Shown here in pieces: positions 1-13,271 of a stretch of DNA of 64,000 nt. The translations under genes were made by a program, and so were the position numbers. The notes under the pieces are model-generated. The model did no database searches. It saw only the letters and a list, made by a program, of their open reading frames with translations, and was not told where the DNA came from. Each line of letters starts with the position of its first letter. Position 1 is the first letter of the stretch. The DNA lies in NCBI RefSeq assembly GCF_006345805.1, contig NC_042997.1, positions 169,880,001-169,944,000 of the forward strand, in the 5' to 3' direction. The DNA comes from Octopus sinensis (taxonomy: Eukaryota).

Positions 1-1277
1 GTGTGGTCTGTTACTTTTCAAAGAATAATGGGTTTTTTACAAAATATAAAATTTTATGTAACCCCATTGTCTTTAGCATTGTTTTATCAATTTAAAATAT
101 TCCATTCATTTTGATAAATTTTTTCGCCTGAATCCATTGTAGTTTCTATAGCAACTGAAAGATATTTTTTGTTGTGTTTTTGAGATTGATTTTTCTTCTT
201 ATTTTTCCTAACACATTTTTAGATTATTAGCTATTTAAAAATTCCTCTCAGCTATTGCTACATATATATATATATATATATACACACATGCACGCGCACA
301 CACACGCACACATATATATATGTATATATATTTGTCAATAACATTAATAATATAGGTATTTCTATTCAATATTTAATGGCACTTCACATTCAGTCTAGTA
401 CATTGTAAACTTCATATACTATAGTTCATTTCTAAAATGATGCATTGGGTCAAAAAGGTCTACATCAAACAGTAGATGAAATAAAAGACAAATATTAATC
501 TGTGTATGTGTTTGTGTGTGTGTGTGTGTGTGTGTATGTGTGTGTGTGTGCCATAACAGATAGCTAATAAATCAGGATTACCAATAAATCAATAAGACAT
601 AAATAGATCTCTTCAGGAAATTTGAAAGATAAATAATTTCGAAATGCTTTAGATTCTATTAAAAGAATTACAGATATGATCACTGATAGAATGTAATGAC
701 ACCAGTTGTGCTGCCTAACTGGTCAGCAGATGAATTTGAAATTCAGATTGATTGTAGTATTCTCATTTTGTTGTTTGGCCTTTGAAATTATTGTTGTGGA
801 TGCCTATGAATAGAAACTACTAGATAGCCTTAAGTCTTGATCAGATTTAATTTTGCAAGTCTAACTTAAATGACTTAAATTAATCGGATATGATTTTGTT
901 TTCCTTTCTTTTCTTTTCTTTTTTTTTTTTCTGGTTGTTGCTATGAAATTGGCACTCGATATATTCTTCAAATTATATATTTCTGAAAAATAGCTTCCTG
1001 TTTATTTCAGTCATTCAAAGCAGTTTTTAAACTTGGAAATTCTTCCTGTTTTTTTAAATTATTGTTCTGCAGAGATAGACTTTGTCTTTTATCCTTTCGG
1101 GATTGATAAAATGCCAGTTAAGCACTGGAGTCAAGGTAATCATCTTGCCTCATCGTACAAAACTTCAGACCTTGTGCTTACATTAGAATGAATTATTATT
1201 ATTATTATTTTGAATATTGTGCCAATCCCCCAATATTTCAGGCCTTGTGCCTATTGTAGAAAAGATCATCATCATCA

Positions 1278-1308
<31 letters not shown>

Positions 1309-1584
1309 CATCTAAGGCAGCAAGCTGGCAGAATTGTTAGCACGCTGAGAAAAATACTTAGCAGCATTTCATCTATCTTTACGTTTTGAGTTCAAATTCT
1401 GCCAAAGTGGACTTTGTCTTTTATCCTTTCGGGGTCCATAAAATAAGTACCAATAGAACACTGGAGTCAATTTAATCAACTTACCCCTGCCCCAAAATTG
1501 CTGGCCTTGTTCCAAAATGTTAAACTGCTATTATTATTATTATTATTGGTGGAGGTGGTGGTGGTGGTGGTGGTGTTGTCATTA

Positions 1585-2030
1585 TTTCACTTGCTCCAGC
1601 TACTTCTGTAAGAGCAGAGAACAACTTATTGTCAAAGGTCTCACAAGGTCTTCTTCCATGATACTTAACATCCAAGTACCAATCTCAAAATCCTCGCTGT
1701 CCCCAATAAAGCAGTTTTCTGAGCATGTTCTACCCTCATGTCGATCACAATTTCTCCTACAAATTTCTCAAACCTGGTTGTTAATGCTCCCACTGTTCCT
1801 ACAACTACTGGAATAGCAGCTACTTTCTTTATTGCCCACATTCATGCAAGCTTTAGTGGATTGTACTTTTCAATCTTTTCCACTTCTTTATCATCAGCTC
1901 ATACATCCCCAGGTATGGTAATGTCTATGTTCTTGGTTTCCTTCATCGTTTTATCAACTACAACAATGATCTCTGAGCATCAATCATAGAATCACACTGG
2001 ATTGTAAAATCCCACAAGATCTTATATTTG
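1585..2030 (-). mobile_element. R4/Dong-type non-LTR retrotransposon 3' fragment (restriction-like endonuclease domain)
   Basis: The minus strand gives KILWDFTIQCD...IVVVDK...IDITIPGD...EKIEKY...IPVVVGTVG...QKTALLGTARILR with frameshifts. Flanked by TAA/ATT microsatellites. Confidence 0.8.
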
Positions 2031-2058
2031 TGTTGTTGTTATTATTATTATTATTATT

Positions 2059-2402
2059 CATCATCATTTAACGTCCGCTTTCCATGCTAGCATGGGTTGG
2101 ACGATTTTGACTGAGGGCTAGCAAACCAGATGGCTGCACCAGGCTCCAATCTTGATCTGGCAGAATTTCTACAGCTGGATGCCCTTCCTAATGCCAACCA
2201 TTCCAAGAGTGCAGTGGGTGCTTTTTACATGCCACCGGCACGGGAGCCAGTCTGGCGGTACTGGCAATGACCTCGCTCGAATCTTTTTACACATGTCACC
2301 AGCACAGGTGCCAGTAAGGCGACGTTAGTAACGATCACACTTGAATGGTGCCCTTTTACGTGCCACCAGCACAGAAGCCAGTTGGCTGTTCTGGCAACGA
2401 TC
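2059..2402 (-). mobile_element. (GAT)n-tailed SINE-like repeat (family C) with an internal ~55-60 bp tandem unit
   Basis: catcatcatttaacgtccgctttccatgctagcatgggttggacg...gctggatgcccttcctaa; the same sequence recurs more than eight times in the window. Confidence 0.8.
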
Positions 2403-2632
2403 ATTAATATTAAGACAATGAGCTGGCAGAATCATTAGCACATCAGACTAAATAGCAGCATTTCCTCTGGCTTTGTGTTTTGAGTTCAAATTCTGCTGAA
2501 GTTGACTTTGCCTTTTGTCCTTCCTGGGTTGATAAAAGTATCAGTCAAGCAATGGAGTTGATGAAATCAACTAGCCCCCTCCCCTAAATTTTTAAGTCTT
2601 GTGCCTATAATATAAATATATACTACTACTAC

Positions 2633-2663
<31 letters not shown>

Positions 2664-3122
2664 TCGTTATTATTACTATTATTATTATTATTAAGGCAGC
2701 GATATGGCAGAACCATTAGCACACTAGGCAAAATGCTTAGCAGCATGTCTTCTGTATTTTTGTTCTGAATTCAAATTCTTCTGAGGTTGACTTTGCCTTT
2801 CATCCTTTCAGGATCAATAAAATAAGCAGCAGTTGAGCACCAGGGTCAATGTAATTGACTTACCCTGTCTTAAAATGACTATCCTTGAGCCAAAGTGTGA
2901 AACCATCATTATTATTACTACTACTACTACACTACTGAGGCAGCTAGCTTGCCAAATCATTAGCACATCAGACAGAATGCTTAGTGACATTTTTCTTGGC
3001 TTTATACTTTGAATTCAAATTCTATTGAAGTTAACTTTGTCTTTCATCCTTTCAGGGTTGATAAAATACAGTCTCCTAAAATTTCTGGTCTTCTGTGAAA
3101 ACTGGAAGCCATTATTATTATT

Positions 3123-3340
3123 ATTCAGTGGTCTTATTTTTATCATGTGCTTTCACTGTACTACCGAATGCAGCTCTGTGTGCCTTTGGTATGTGCTGTG
3201 GTTTGTTGTGATGCTCTTATTCTTACTGTATTGAAAGTGTTTTACATAGGATGTGTGTGGTGCATAGTAGCGCTACTTTTGTATGTTATATATACTTGTT
3301 AGTCCTGGTGTATTTGTTATGTATTTGTCTGAATGTTTTT
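3123..3340 (-). mobile_element. Second R4/Dong-like 3' end
   Basis: The minus strand reads HSDKYITNTPGLTSIYNIQK..ALLCTTHILCKTLSIQ* followed by a 3' UTR, with (ATT)n on both sides. Confidence 0.65.
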
Positions 3341-4767
3341 ATTATTATTTTTAAAAATAATGATAATAACCAACTTGTCACTTTCCCCCAAAACATTCAG
3401 ACCTTGTGCCTATAGTAGAAAGGATTATCATTAACGCTTTTAATGTCCAGTCATAAACATGAAAACATCCATATCAGCTTTTCCCTATCAGTTGTGTTCT
3501 AAAAAGAAAATCTTGTAAGTTTCTGACAGTGATGTGTTTATTTCTATTCACTGCTTTCTAATTTCTTCATGTCTTTTAAAATTCTTCTTGAACATATTCT
3601 AACACATGCTTAGATCTAATCAGTTTATCTTTTGGAGGATTACATCAATCCATAAAATATTTATTTCACTATTTCATAAAGAAATTTTTGGAACATTATC
3701 GTTATATGTTATGTTACTCTCTATATCTCAGCTGAGATATAGTTAAGAAAAACAACTTTACTAGTATTATCTTTCTATTGTTTTGATACTTGGCAAACAA
3801 TATTTTAAATTTAGTTCTTTATTGCATAAATCATTTAATTTTATATATCTTTAGAAATATCTGAATTTGTAAAATTCTTAATTTGCTAGAATAAACAGGT
3901 ATTTTATATTGCAATATATTGAGAAGCTTTTAGTAGTGAATAGCTAGGTAAAATTGGAAAGTTACAGATATACATGTGATGGTGGTGGAGAGAACATTAC
4001 TCAATATCTTTAATTTTAGCTGACCTAAAACCAATCAACAATATAATGTTGAACTTATTCATTCTGTTTTCTTCAGTGAAATTACTATTCTATTTTCTTC
4101 CTACTTTTTGAATACTAAGCAATTGACTTAGTAGTTTATAACTGACAAGAGCTCTTTGAAATGTTGTTCCTGATAATGCTAGATATTTACTAATGCTACT
4201 ATATTAATAAAATATCAATAGTTACAGATTGTGAATGAATTATCTTCTTAAGATTTTCAAGAGGAAGTGATATTAGATATTAGAAACACTAAAGGAACTG
4301 ACCCAGTGGCTGGACTGAAACCACATATCTATCACTTAATACTCAACAACTCTGTTACTTGTTACACTAACCCTGTCCTGTAATTGATTAATTATCTTAG
4401 TTTTAAAAATTGATTTATGTGCTAAATTTGGAAGAGAGAAATTGTCTTGTAAGTAGTAGGAAGGTGATTTTGAGTCCTGGCATTGGGTCTGTTTCCTTTT
4501 TCTGCTTCAGATTTGTGCTATTATTTTCTAAATCTCTTTACATTAAAAATCATTCTTTCATAATTTGATTTATTGGGTTGTTTCTCATTATAAGCATTGA
4601 ATCAAGCCAAGAGACATTGCTATAGTGAGCATTAATGTATATAATATATAGTATATTCATATAAGGCCATATTTAACACATTCAAGTACACTCAGACATG
4701 GGAAGACCTTTCACTGCAGAAATAATCTCAGGAGAAACTTCTCACAGTGGGTTGCAAAAGACACATA

Positions 4768-4845
4768 ACATTTGTTTCTGCATTATGTCATGGGACATTT
4801 GCTTCTGCCTCAGATCATAGGACATTTGTTTCTGCATTATGTCAT
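4768..4845. repeat. Short minisatellite, ~27 bp x 3
   Basis: acatttgtttctgcattatgtcat is repeated with a diverged middle unit. Confidence 0.7.
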
Positions 4846-5892
4846 CAGCTATGAATACCAACTTTGCCTTTCAAAGTCTGAAAACAACTAATCATTCTTA
4901 TATTAGAACAGAAAACAGTACATTTGCTGATAAGTGTAAACCTTGGTCATGCTAGAATTAATTAACTAAAGTTTCTCCCCAAATTATTTCTGCAGTGAAT
5001 GGCTTTTCCATGTTCAAGCCTACTCAGACATGTTAAATATGACTTTGCCCAAATATATTTTATTAAATACTACTTTGTGTGTCTTTAGTTAAATAATACT
5101 CAGTATTTGTGTATGGAGTTTAACATGTTCTGCTATGCTAATTAATTCGCTGATTATACAGAGAGAGACAAAAACAGCATGAAAAAATTGGTTTAAGTAT
5201 CCAATTTGAGAGAGAGAGAGAGAAATTTAGAAATGTTCTGTAAGCAGCTTAGTTCAACTCCCTTAGGTAGACCTGTTTTTCTTTTCTCTCTAATATTAGT
5301 GTTTGTAATATTAACCATGCTGTAGCCATAAAGGACCATTGGCAGCTTGCATTTGCAAATATTTTGGGGCTAATATTCTTTGGAGCACTACTCTGCAGCA
5401 GACTTGTCTCATTTTCAGTTAAGTGGATTGGAGTACCGTGATATGAAATGCTTTGGCTATGAACACAATGCACGCTCCAGTCTGGAAATCAAACCTAACA
5501 ACCATGATGCAAACAGTCTAACCACAAAACCATGTCACTTCTTATATTAATGGAACTTATCAACTATTGTTTTGTTGTTTCAGACCAAAAATTTGAAACA
5601 TGTCCTCTGTGAACATACTGCTAAAATGAAAGCTGAAAAATATCAAACTTAAGAAAACAGTTCATTAAACATATATGATCCTGATTAATTTTTAAGATAT
5701 CCATATCCAGCTGCAATATTCAATTGGCTACAAAATACGCCAGTCTCAACATTAGAGTAAACAAACCATTTCAAGAGGAAGAGAAAAAAAAAGAAGTGAT
5801 TGATATAATTTGCTTTATTGTTATTGATTTTAAAGATGTCATTTGTATTTCAAGTATTATACTTATATTTCAAAATTTTTTTTTTTTTTTAG

Positions 5893-6030
5893 ATGGATAA
5901 TATCTTGCTTGGTGTCCATGATGTCAACTTGAAACTAACTCTGGCATTCGGTTGTGGTCTTCATCATGCTGGCTTACAAGAGAAAGATCGAAAAATTGTT
6001 GAAGAATTATTTGTCAATCAAAAAATTCAA
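5893..6030 (+). CDS. ASCC3: ASCC3 internal exon (helicase cassette 2, HHAGL region), phase 0-0
   Basis: Poly-T+AG acceptor at 5891-5892 and GTAAGT donor at 6031. The 138 nt encode MDNILLGVHDVNLKLTLAFGCGLHHAGLQEKDRKIVEELFVNQKIQ, matching ASCC3 as I recall it (NLKLTLAFGIGMHHAGL). The ATG is an internal Met. Confidence 0.95.
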
Positions 6031-6656
6031 GTAAGTGAGATCTTTATTGTCAATCAACCAGACTGGTTATACTTTCTCTTGTTTCAATTATTTTAAAAAG
6101 ACATGTAGAAAATTTCGTTCACAAAGGTTGGACCAAAAGTAATGCAAAAATGGGCATAACTTTTTTTTTATTAGCTGACATAGGTTATTCAAAGTACACA
6201 TGTTAGTTTCATATATCAAAGAACTTCCCCCACTCTCTCCCTCTATGTAACAGGTAGATGTAATATATGATTTTCTTAGGAAGAGTATAATAGGTGTTAG
6301 GATGAATGGCTGGCTCTGTTTCAGTTACATATATGAATATATTTACATTAGGTCCATTAGATCTTCAAGCTGAAATAATGCTTTATCACTGGGTTATTAG
6401 TAACTCTAGTATATGGATTACATATTTATTTAAATATGAAATATTTAACATGTGCATTGTATCTATTTTTCTTCATTCATCTGCAAGTGCTTGTGTCAAG
6501 ACTATTGGAAAGTAGAGATTACTTAAGATTTTGTGATAGACTTTCCACAATAGCTTTAGAAGAAGAAGAGTATATGCAAAACAGATTTTCATCCAAGAAG
6601 AATCATAGGGGCCCTGTCAGGGACATTTGTGTGCTTTGACAATACTTGAACTCCAC

Positions 6657-6820
6657 GGGCGCAGGAGTGGCTGTGTGGCAAGTAGCTTGCTTACGAACCG
6701 CATGGTTCCGAGTTCAGTCCCACTGCGTGGCACCTTGGGCAAGTATCTTCTACTATAGCCTCGGGTCGACCAAAGCCTTGTGAGTAGATTTGGTAGACGG
6801 AAACTGAAAGAAGCCTGTCG

Positions 6821-6854
<34 letters not shown>

Positions 6855-7075
6855 GATGTGTGTGTATATGTTGTGTATCTGTGTTTGTTCCCCCCAACAT
6901 CGCTTGACAACCGATGCTGGTGTGTTTACGTCCGCGTGACTCAGCGGTTCGGCAAAAGAGACCGATAGAATAAGTACTAGGCTTACAAAGAATAAGTCCT
7001 GGGGTTGATTTGATTCGACTAAAGGTGGTGCTCCAGCATGGCCACAGTCAAATGACTGAAACAAGTAAAAGAGAG
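6657..7075 (+). mobile_element. Major ~400-bp tRNA-derived SINE (family A) with a central TA/TG microsatellite
   Basis: A-box-like TGGCTGTGTGG, B-box-like GAGTTCAGTCC, ccttgggcaagt core and a 3' tail gactgaaacaagtaaaagag. Ten or more homologous copies in the window. Confidence 0.9.
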
Positions 7076-9372
7076 AATACCAAAAAATCATTTCTTTGAC
7101 TTACACATTGCCGCTACGAAATACTCACCAGAAATCGTGGAACCATCAGGAATATCAATGACAACAGCATGTACTATGTGGATGTATCAGGTAGCTAAGC
7201 AATAGCTTCCCAAAGAGATAAATTAACACTTTTCTCATTTGTTACAATGTTAGACGATCTATTGAGCAAAAGCGGCCAATAACATTGTATTGTAACTATT
7301 ATTATGCATGGTTATTTCTGCCTCCTGATCTGGATTTCATGGATGATTTTGACCTCATAGATGACACACCATCATCAGCTTTTCACCATGCGACAGTCTC
7401 TCGATCTGACACAAAGTCAATTTTAAGAAACAAAATGCATTAATGTCAGGATAATGAAAATTAATTTGCATTATCAAGGTGGCAGGATTATACAATACTT
7501 TAAGTGCCTTAGTTTCCCCGATATTATAAACTAAAACTAACCTCATGTACAGGCAATGTCTAGCTTGGAGCATCTTTTGACAGTTGGAACAATTATGTAT
7601 ATCAAAAGAAGCAACTTTAAATCTTAAGCAGCTGCTGCTTAACACATTAATGCGCTAATGCTACTTTAGAATTTAAAGCAATAAACAACAGCATTCTTAA
7701 TTATACTTATTAGAACATTCAAATGTGTGATAAAATGCTCTGACTAATCTTGAAAAGTTTCACTTAGTTTAACTTAATGGAATGTTATTAATTACTTTGC
7801 ACAGCCACATGACGGGTTTATCTGTGGATCTGTCTATGTATGTTCAACAAAATTCTAACTTTAGATATATCCTTCAGTTATAAGCTCTTATGACTGAAAG
7901 AAGAGGAAACTAAATATGAAAGGAATCTTCCATACTTAAATATTCATAAACAATGTATTAACCAAAAGGAAAATTAAATAACAATGCATTAACTTGAAGG
8001 AAAATTTAATAACAACATATTAAGCAGAAGGAAAATTTAATTAAACAGCATTATTTTCAATAGCTTTGTATCTGTTTTCTCCACACTGGTCGATGTACTG
8101 GTCAATGCCTGCAATAATCCAATCTATAATATGAGTAGAAATGACAGTTCTATTAATCATTTATTGATAATAGCGAAAGGGTATAGTGTCTAAGGGCTAA
8201 TCAGAATTAAGAAATGTTTCAGAGAAAATGAATGAGCTCAAAATAAAACCAAAGACAAAGTTGTGTGTGTGTGTGCACGTGAATGTGTGTGTGTGTGTGT
8301 GCATGCATGTATGTGTGTGCACACATGCATGCATGAATGAATGCAAAACATCTATTTTATATAATTACGTTGAATATATTTGGTTCTGAGTTCAGCTTTG
8401 TCTTTTTAGATTTGTTTAGTTTTTTCTCTGTTTTACATCTCTTTCTGTGCTAACACAAGTAAGATGTTTGAATATTGTTCAGTACCCTTCATACTGCTGA
8501 CCTTTCAACCGTAAAATAGTGGAGGCAATGTTATGCGCATTTCCAAGAGTACAATCAAATGGCTGTATCAAAGTTTAAACTAATGACCATGTGATCAATA
8601 GCTAAGCAACCTTAACTTCACAGTTATTGTTTGTCTGCAGGTTTTACAATCATTAATTCCTGCTTATACATGTTTGATGGTTGGCCTTTGTCCAGCTCTT
8701 TTTTATCCTTGATATGTTCTGCCATGCAATCTAGCCTTCTACAAGACCAACTTTATTGACTTTAGATGTAAAAAAGCAACACTGTATTGTTATAAAACAT
8801 GATGTAGGGAAACCTTTGGTGGATTACACATGTATATCTATATTTTCAGAATTGATTTTGCTATGAGTCTGTTCTCATAATAGAGATATGAATTTTATAT
8901 TTTTAAATCTATAATTTAGCATAAAATAAAGAGAAAGAGAAATAATTATAACATTTTCACACATATCTAGTTTGAAATTTATAGAAATTAACTATACAGA
9001 AATAATGATTTTTGAAGTAAAGTTTTACTGCCTGGTAGTTTTTTTTTTTAAGGTTGTGTGTGATGTGAAATTTAATAAAAACTGAAATGCCAACTATCTG
9101 AAACAATGTGCTTTAAATGAAAAATTGAGATAAAGATTCAAACAATTTCACAAACTATCTTTTATTAGACAGATTACATATTTCCCATTTATAGCCTAGC
9201 ATTTCATATATGCCATCACTTTTATTTCTGTTTTTGCAACACTATTAAAATCAATCAATACCCTACCCCATTTTTGTCTGTCTTCTTCCTTACCCATCCA
9301 CTGTATCTGCCTTCCATCACACTCTATATAACTCTGTCTCTCTGTCTGTCTCTCTCTCTCTCACACACACAC

Positions 9373-9409
<37 letters not shown>

Positions 9410-9678
9410 TACAATTATATTAATTACTTTTCAAAATCAACAAATATGTAATCATTGATACCACTGAATTTTTTTCATCTTTCATCAAATATCAATATTT
9501 TTCTTCTTAATCATTATTTAATGAATATTCCTGAATTTTATCTGATGAAATACATTCTACTCATCAGTGTGTGTGTGTGCGTAATATTTAGTCTGTATGC
9601 CTCTGCTATTGCTTCAACTGAAAATTCATTGAGTTTGGTAATCAACCATGTTGACATTGGTGGCAACTGTACACATTA

Positions 9679-9882
9679 TGAGGGGATACTGAAAAGTTCC
9701 TGGCTTTAAGGGTATCACGAAACCTTCCAAGTTCTTTTACAGGGCTTAGAAAAACTGAAGGACCGCTGCAATAAGTGTGTAAATCTGAGAGGAAAATATA
9801 TTGAATAAAATCATAATTAAGTGATCCCCCTGTATTTCCTTTTAACCAAAGCCAGGAACTTTTCAGCCCCCACCCCACCTAT
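9679..9882. mobile_element. Mariner-derived MITE
   Basis: Terminal inverted repeats ctgaaaagttcctggcttt / aaagccaggaacttttcag. A second copy lies at 17550-17770. Confidence 0.8.
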
Positions 9883-10021
9883 ATTATTCTCCATTTTGTC
9901 AACAAATCTTTCTCAGCTAAGAGAAAATTATTATTTCTGTCACTATATGATTATTAAGATCCTGCTGGAGATTATATTAGGACATACATAAATGAGTCAT
10001 CACAAGAATGATGTTCACCAC

Positions 10022-10350
10022 TTCATTGCGCACAACATCATAAGCGGAAAGTGTAACCTCTCGAAAGAGCTATTCTTCACTCCTGCTCCAGAGCGTCGGC
10101 TGTGGGGTCACTCTGAAAAGCTCTATCTGCAACGATTTCATCTCAATCGAAGGAGAGGGGCTTTCTCCGTCTGGGTTGCGGATCCGTGGAATAAGCTGCC
10201 GGACAAGATAGTGAAGATGCCGACGACTGCACGGTTCAAAGTCTCCCTTGACCACAAATGGCCTGAACACCACCCTGTACATAACTCCATGTCCCCCTAC
10301 ATGGCCTTGCTTTTTGCTTTTTGAGCCAAAAAATTAACTTAACTTAACTT
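10022..10350 (+). mobile_element. CR1-clade LINE 3' end, 5'-truncated and relatively young
   Basis: HNIISGKCNLSKELFFTPAPERRLWGHSEKLYLQRFHLNRRRGAFSVWVADPWNKLP...FK is a CR1/L2 ORF2 C-terminus. It has an (aactt)n tail and retains CpGs. Confidence 0.85.
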
Positions 10351-11301
10351 ATATCTGTATATCATAAAGCAATTATAATAAACCTGACTGAATTCACTTT
10401 TTGGCTTCTGAAAGCTGTTTCTGTTATTTTAAAAAGATATGTAGAAAATTTCAGGTTCATTCCATCTGCATAGCAACTTGGGCAAGTATCTTCTAATTTT
10501 GCTTCAGGTCAACCAAAACCTTGCTAGTGGTGTGTGTTTTGGATGTCTTTATATCTCCTCGTCTTCACATCACATAATGATTGCAAACAAATGATGTCAT
10601 TCATTTCCAATTTTACATGGAAACATGTCAAATCATGGGGAATTTTTTTTCTCTTTCTGTCTGCCTCATTCTACTCCTCTCTCTCGTATCTAGAAGCAGG
10701 GGTGCACATTATATCCTTTTTTAATTAAAGATTTAAATTAACAAAATACTGGAAGAAATTTAGCATGTTTTTTTCAGTCTGTGAATTTAAAATGTTGATT
10801 CAATTTATTGAGATAATGGCCTTTTTTCTTTCTTTTTTTTTATTTTGGAATCAGCTTCAATTCAGGTTATTTGTTGATAATTTTTGTGTGCTGATTCTTT
10901 TAATTTTGTACTCATTTACTGGTTTCCTTCTTGTTCTAACCATCATTAATTAATCCCTTATCAATTCATAAAGTAGGAGTTTCAGTAAACAACAATAACA
11001 ATAAATTTCAGAGGTCACAATTTTCTTTTGTTTTTTTCTACATTTAGAATTTTTGAAACTTTTTCAGTGCATTTCATATGGCAATTATGTTAAAGCTGAC
11101 TAAACTCGCCTTTTCCTGTAGATCTCATCATTATATCAGGAAAAGCCAATGCTTATAAGATATGACTGCATTCCCCAGAAATTCACTTCCCAACTTTGGT
11201 TTCAGGTTTAGTCACACTACATAGCATTTTGGGCAAATGTCTTCTACCAAACTCATGTGAATGAGTTTGGTACATGGAAACTGAAAGAAACTTAACATGT
11301 T

Positions 11302-11373
11302 TCCTCGGTAGTATAGTGGTAAGTATCCCCGCCTGTCACGCAGGAGACCAGGGATTGATTCCCCACCAGGGAG
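11302..11373 (+). pseudogene. tRNA-Asp(GTC) pseudogene or tRNA-Asp-headed repeat
   Basis: 72 nt: TCCTCGGTAGTATAGTGGTAAGTATCCCCGCCTGTCACGCAGGAGACCAGGGATTGATTCCCCACCAGGGAG. The 5' half is canonical tRNA-Asp. The T-loop (ATTGATT) and three stems are damaged. A T7 run follows 12 nt downstream. Confidence 0.85.
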
Positions 11374-11534
11374 GTTGTAAATACGTTTTTTTAAATGGCG
11401 GTGCCTCTGCATGGCCACAGCTCGTGAGCTGAAACTAGATGAAATGATATGAATGTTTGTGTATATATGTGTGTGTGAGAGGAAAAAATGAACATACACA
11501 CAAACACACAATTACAAAGTTTCTCTCTCTCTCT

Positions 11535-11567
<33 letters not shown>

Positions 11568-11583
<16 letters not shown>

Positions 11584-11986
11584 GTGTGTGTGTGTGTGTG
11601 TGTGTTATGTGCATTTTTGATTGAATCTCCTGTGAGTCAACATGGGATCCCTTGACAATGTAAGCTTCATTTGATTAAGGTATCTTTGGCCCAACAGGTA
11701 GCTAGCAGATTACTCCTCAATTGAGCAATCACTACTTCTGAGGTTCTACTAGCTATGAAACATATGTAACCTGGATTTTATCTACTCCACTCCCTAATCT
11801 TTGATTTTTGTACATATATATATTGTATATATACCAAAGTAAACACATGAATGTGAAACACAGTGGAAAAAATAGTACTCGAATACCAGAGGTAGAGTAA
11901 TATGCTTTATTAAAAAGCAGCAAAAATATCACAAAAACTGTTACTCGGAGTTTCACATTCCCGTTTGTTGGACAATTTTGTTTAGA

Positions 11987-12045
<59 letters not shown>

Positions 12046-13212
12046 TAGATATAGATATAGATATAGATATTATGTATGAGAAAGTTTTCTGTTTGTGTGA
12101 GCACATAGCAGCAGTAGCATCTGTTCATGTTCATATGTATATACGTATGCCAAATGTTATATGCAGTACAGGCAAAGATTTTGATTTTGGCCATTTTGCG
12201 CATGTGTGGGTGTCACAAAGGCACCACTCACCATATGCCTATGCTTACAGCTATCATCTTCAAAGGACAACATCTCACAGCAGTCATTTTGTACTTTGCA
12301 TTTACTGAGAGGCCTCACTGATTCTATGACTTGGAATTTTTATTTCATAATGAAAACTCATATTCTATTAACTAGTCTTCGTTGCAAAGGAAAGAAGTCT
12401 TGAGGGAATGTTTTTTTTTTCTGTTATTAAATAAAATAATTACATACCATTGTATTTGTTTTTCTATAATTATTTTTAATATTTAATTGAATTTTAGCTT
12501 CAGCATTTAAGCTAATTTTAGCTTTTAATTTTAATATATCAAGAAATTAAATGCTGATGCTGGAATTAAATTAGATATTAAAAATAATTACAGAAAAAGG
12601 AAATATATTGGTATTTATTAATTTTACTTCGAGAATGAAAAACAATCCCACAAGTCTTCTTTCCTTTGCAAAGGAAAAATAACACCCAATGAGAAACAAG
12701 CATACATTGCATGTGTGTGTGTGCATGCATATATCTAGAGATAGGTAGATAGTTAGATGCATGCGTGCACACACACACACTCACACATATGTGCATATGT
12801 GTGTGTGTGTGTGTGGTGTGTGTGTGTGTGTTATGTGCATTTTTGATTGAATCTCCTGTGAGTCAACATGGGATCCCTTGACAATGTAAGCTTCATTTGA
12901 TTAAGGTATCTTTGGCCCAACAGGTAGCTAGCAGATTACTCCTCAATTGAGCAATCACTACTTCTGAGGTTCTACTAGCTATGAAACATATGTAACCTGG
13001 ATTTTATCTACTCCACTCCCTAATCTTTGATTTTTGTACATATATATATTGTATATATACCAAAGTAAACACATGAATGTGAAACACAGTGGAAAAAATA
13101 GTACTCGAATACCAGAGGTAGAGTAATATGCTTTATTAAAAAGCAGCAAAAATATCACAAAAACTGTTACTCGGAGTTTCACATTCCCGTTTGTTGGACA
13201 ATTTTGTTTAGA

Positions 13213-13271
<59 letters not shown>

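Larger units (their letters stand above)
1050..3425 (+). mobile_element. Cluster of same-orientation Nin-domain-type tRNA SINEs (family B) separated by (ATT)n tracts
   Basis: Repeated ggcagaat..ttagcac..gagttcaaattctgc..gactttgcctttcatcctttcggggt.gataaaataagtacc at about 1050, 1316, 2415, 2694 and 2938. The CCTTTCATCC..GATAAA core resembles the Nin domain. Confidence 0.8.

Noticed and set aside
5893-6096. ORF read as a standalone 67-aa protein (likewise 39774-40121)
   Set aside because: Homology stops exactly at the splice sites; the extensions are intron read-through.
9542-9567. CTGATGA followed by a complementary tcatcag (hammerhead core?)
   Set aside because: It is only a short hairpin, with no stem II-GAAA-stem III arrangement.
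11302-11373. Functional tRNA-Asp gene
   Set aside because: The B box/T-loop is broken (ATTGATT) and the acceptor, anticodon and T stems have mismatches.
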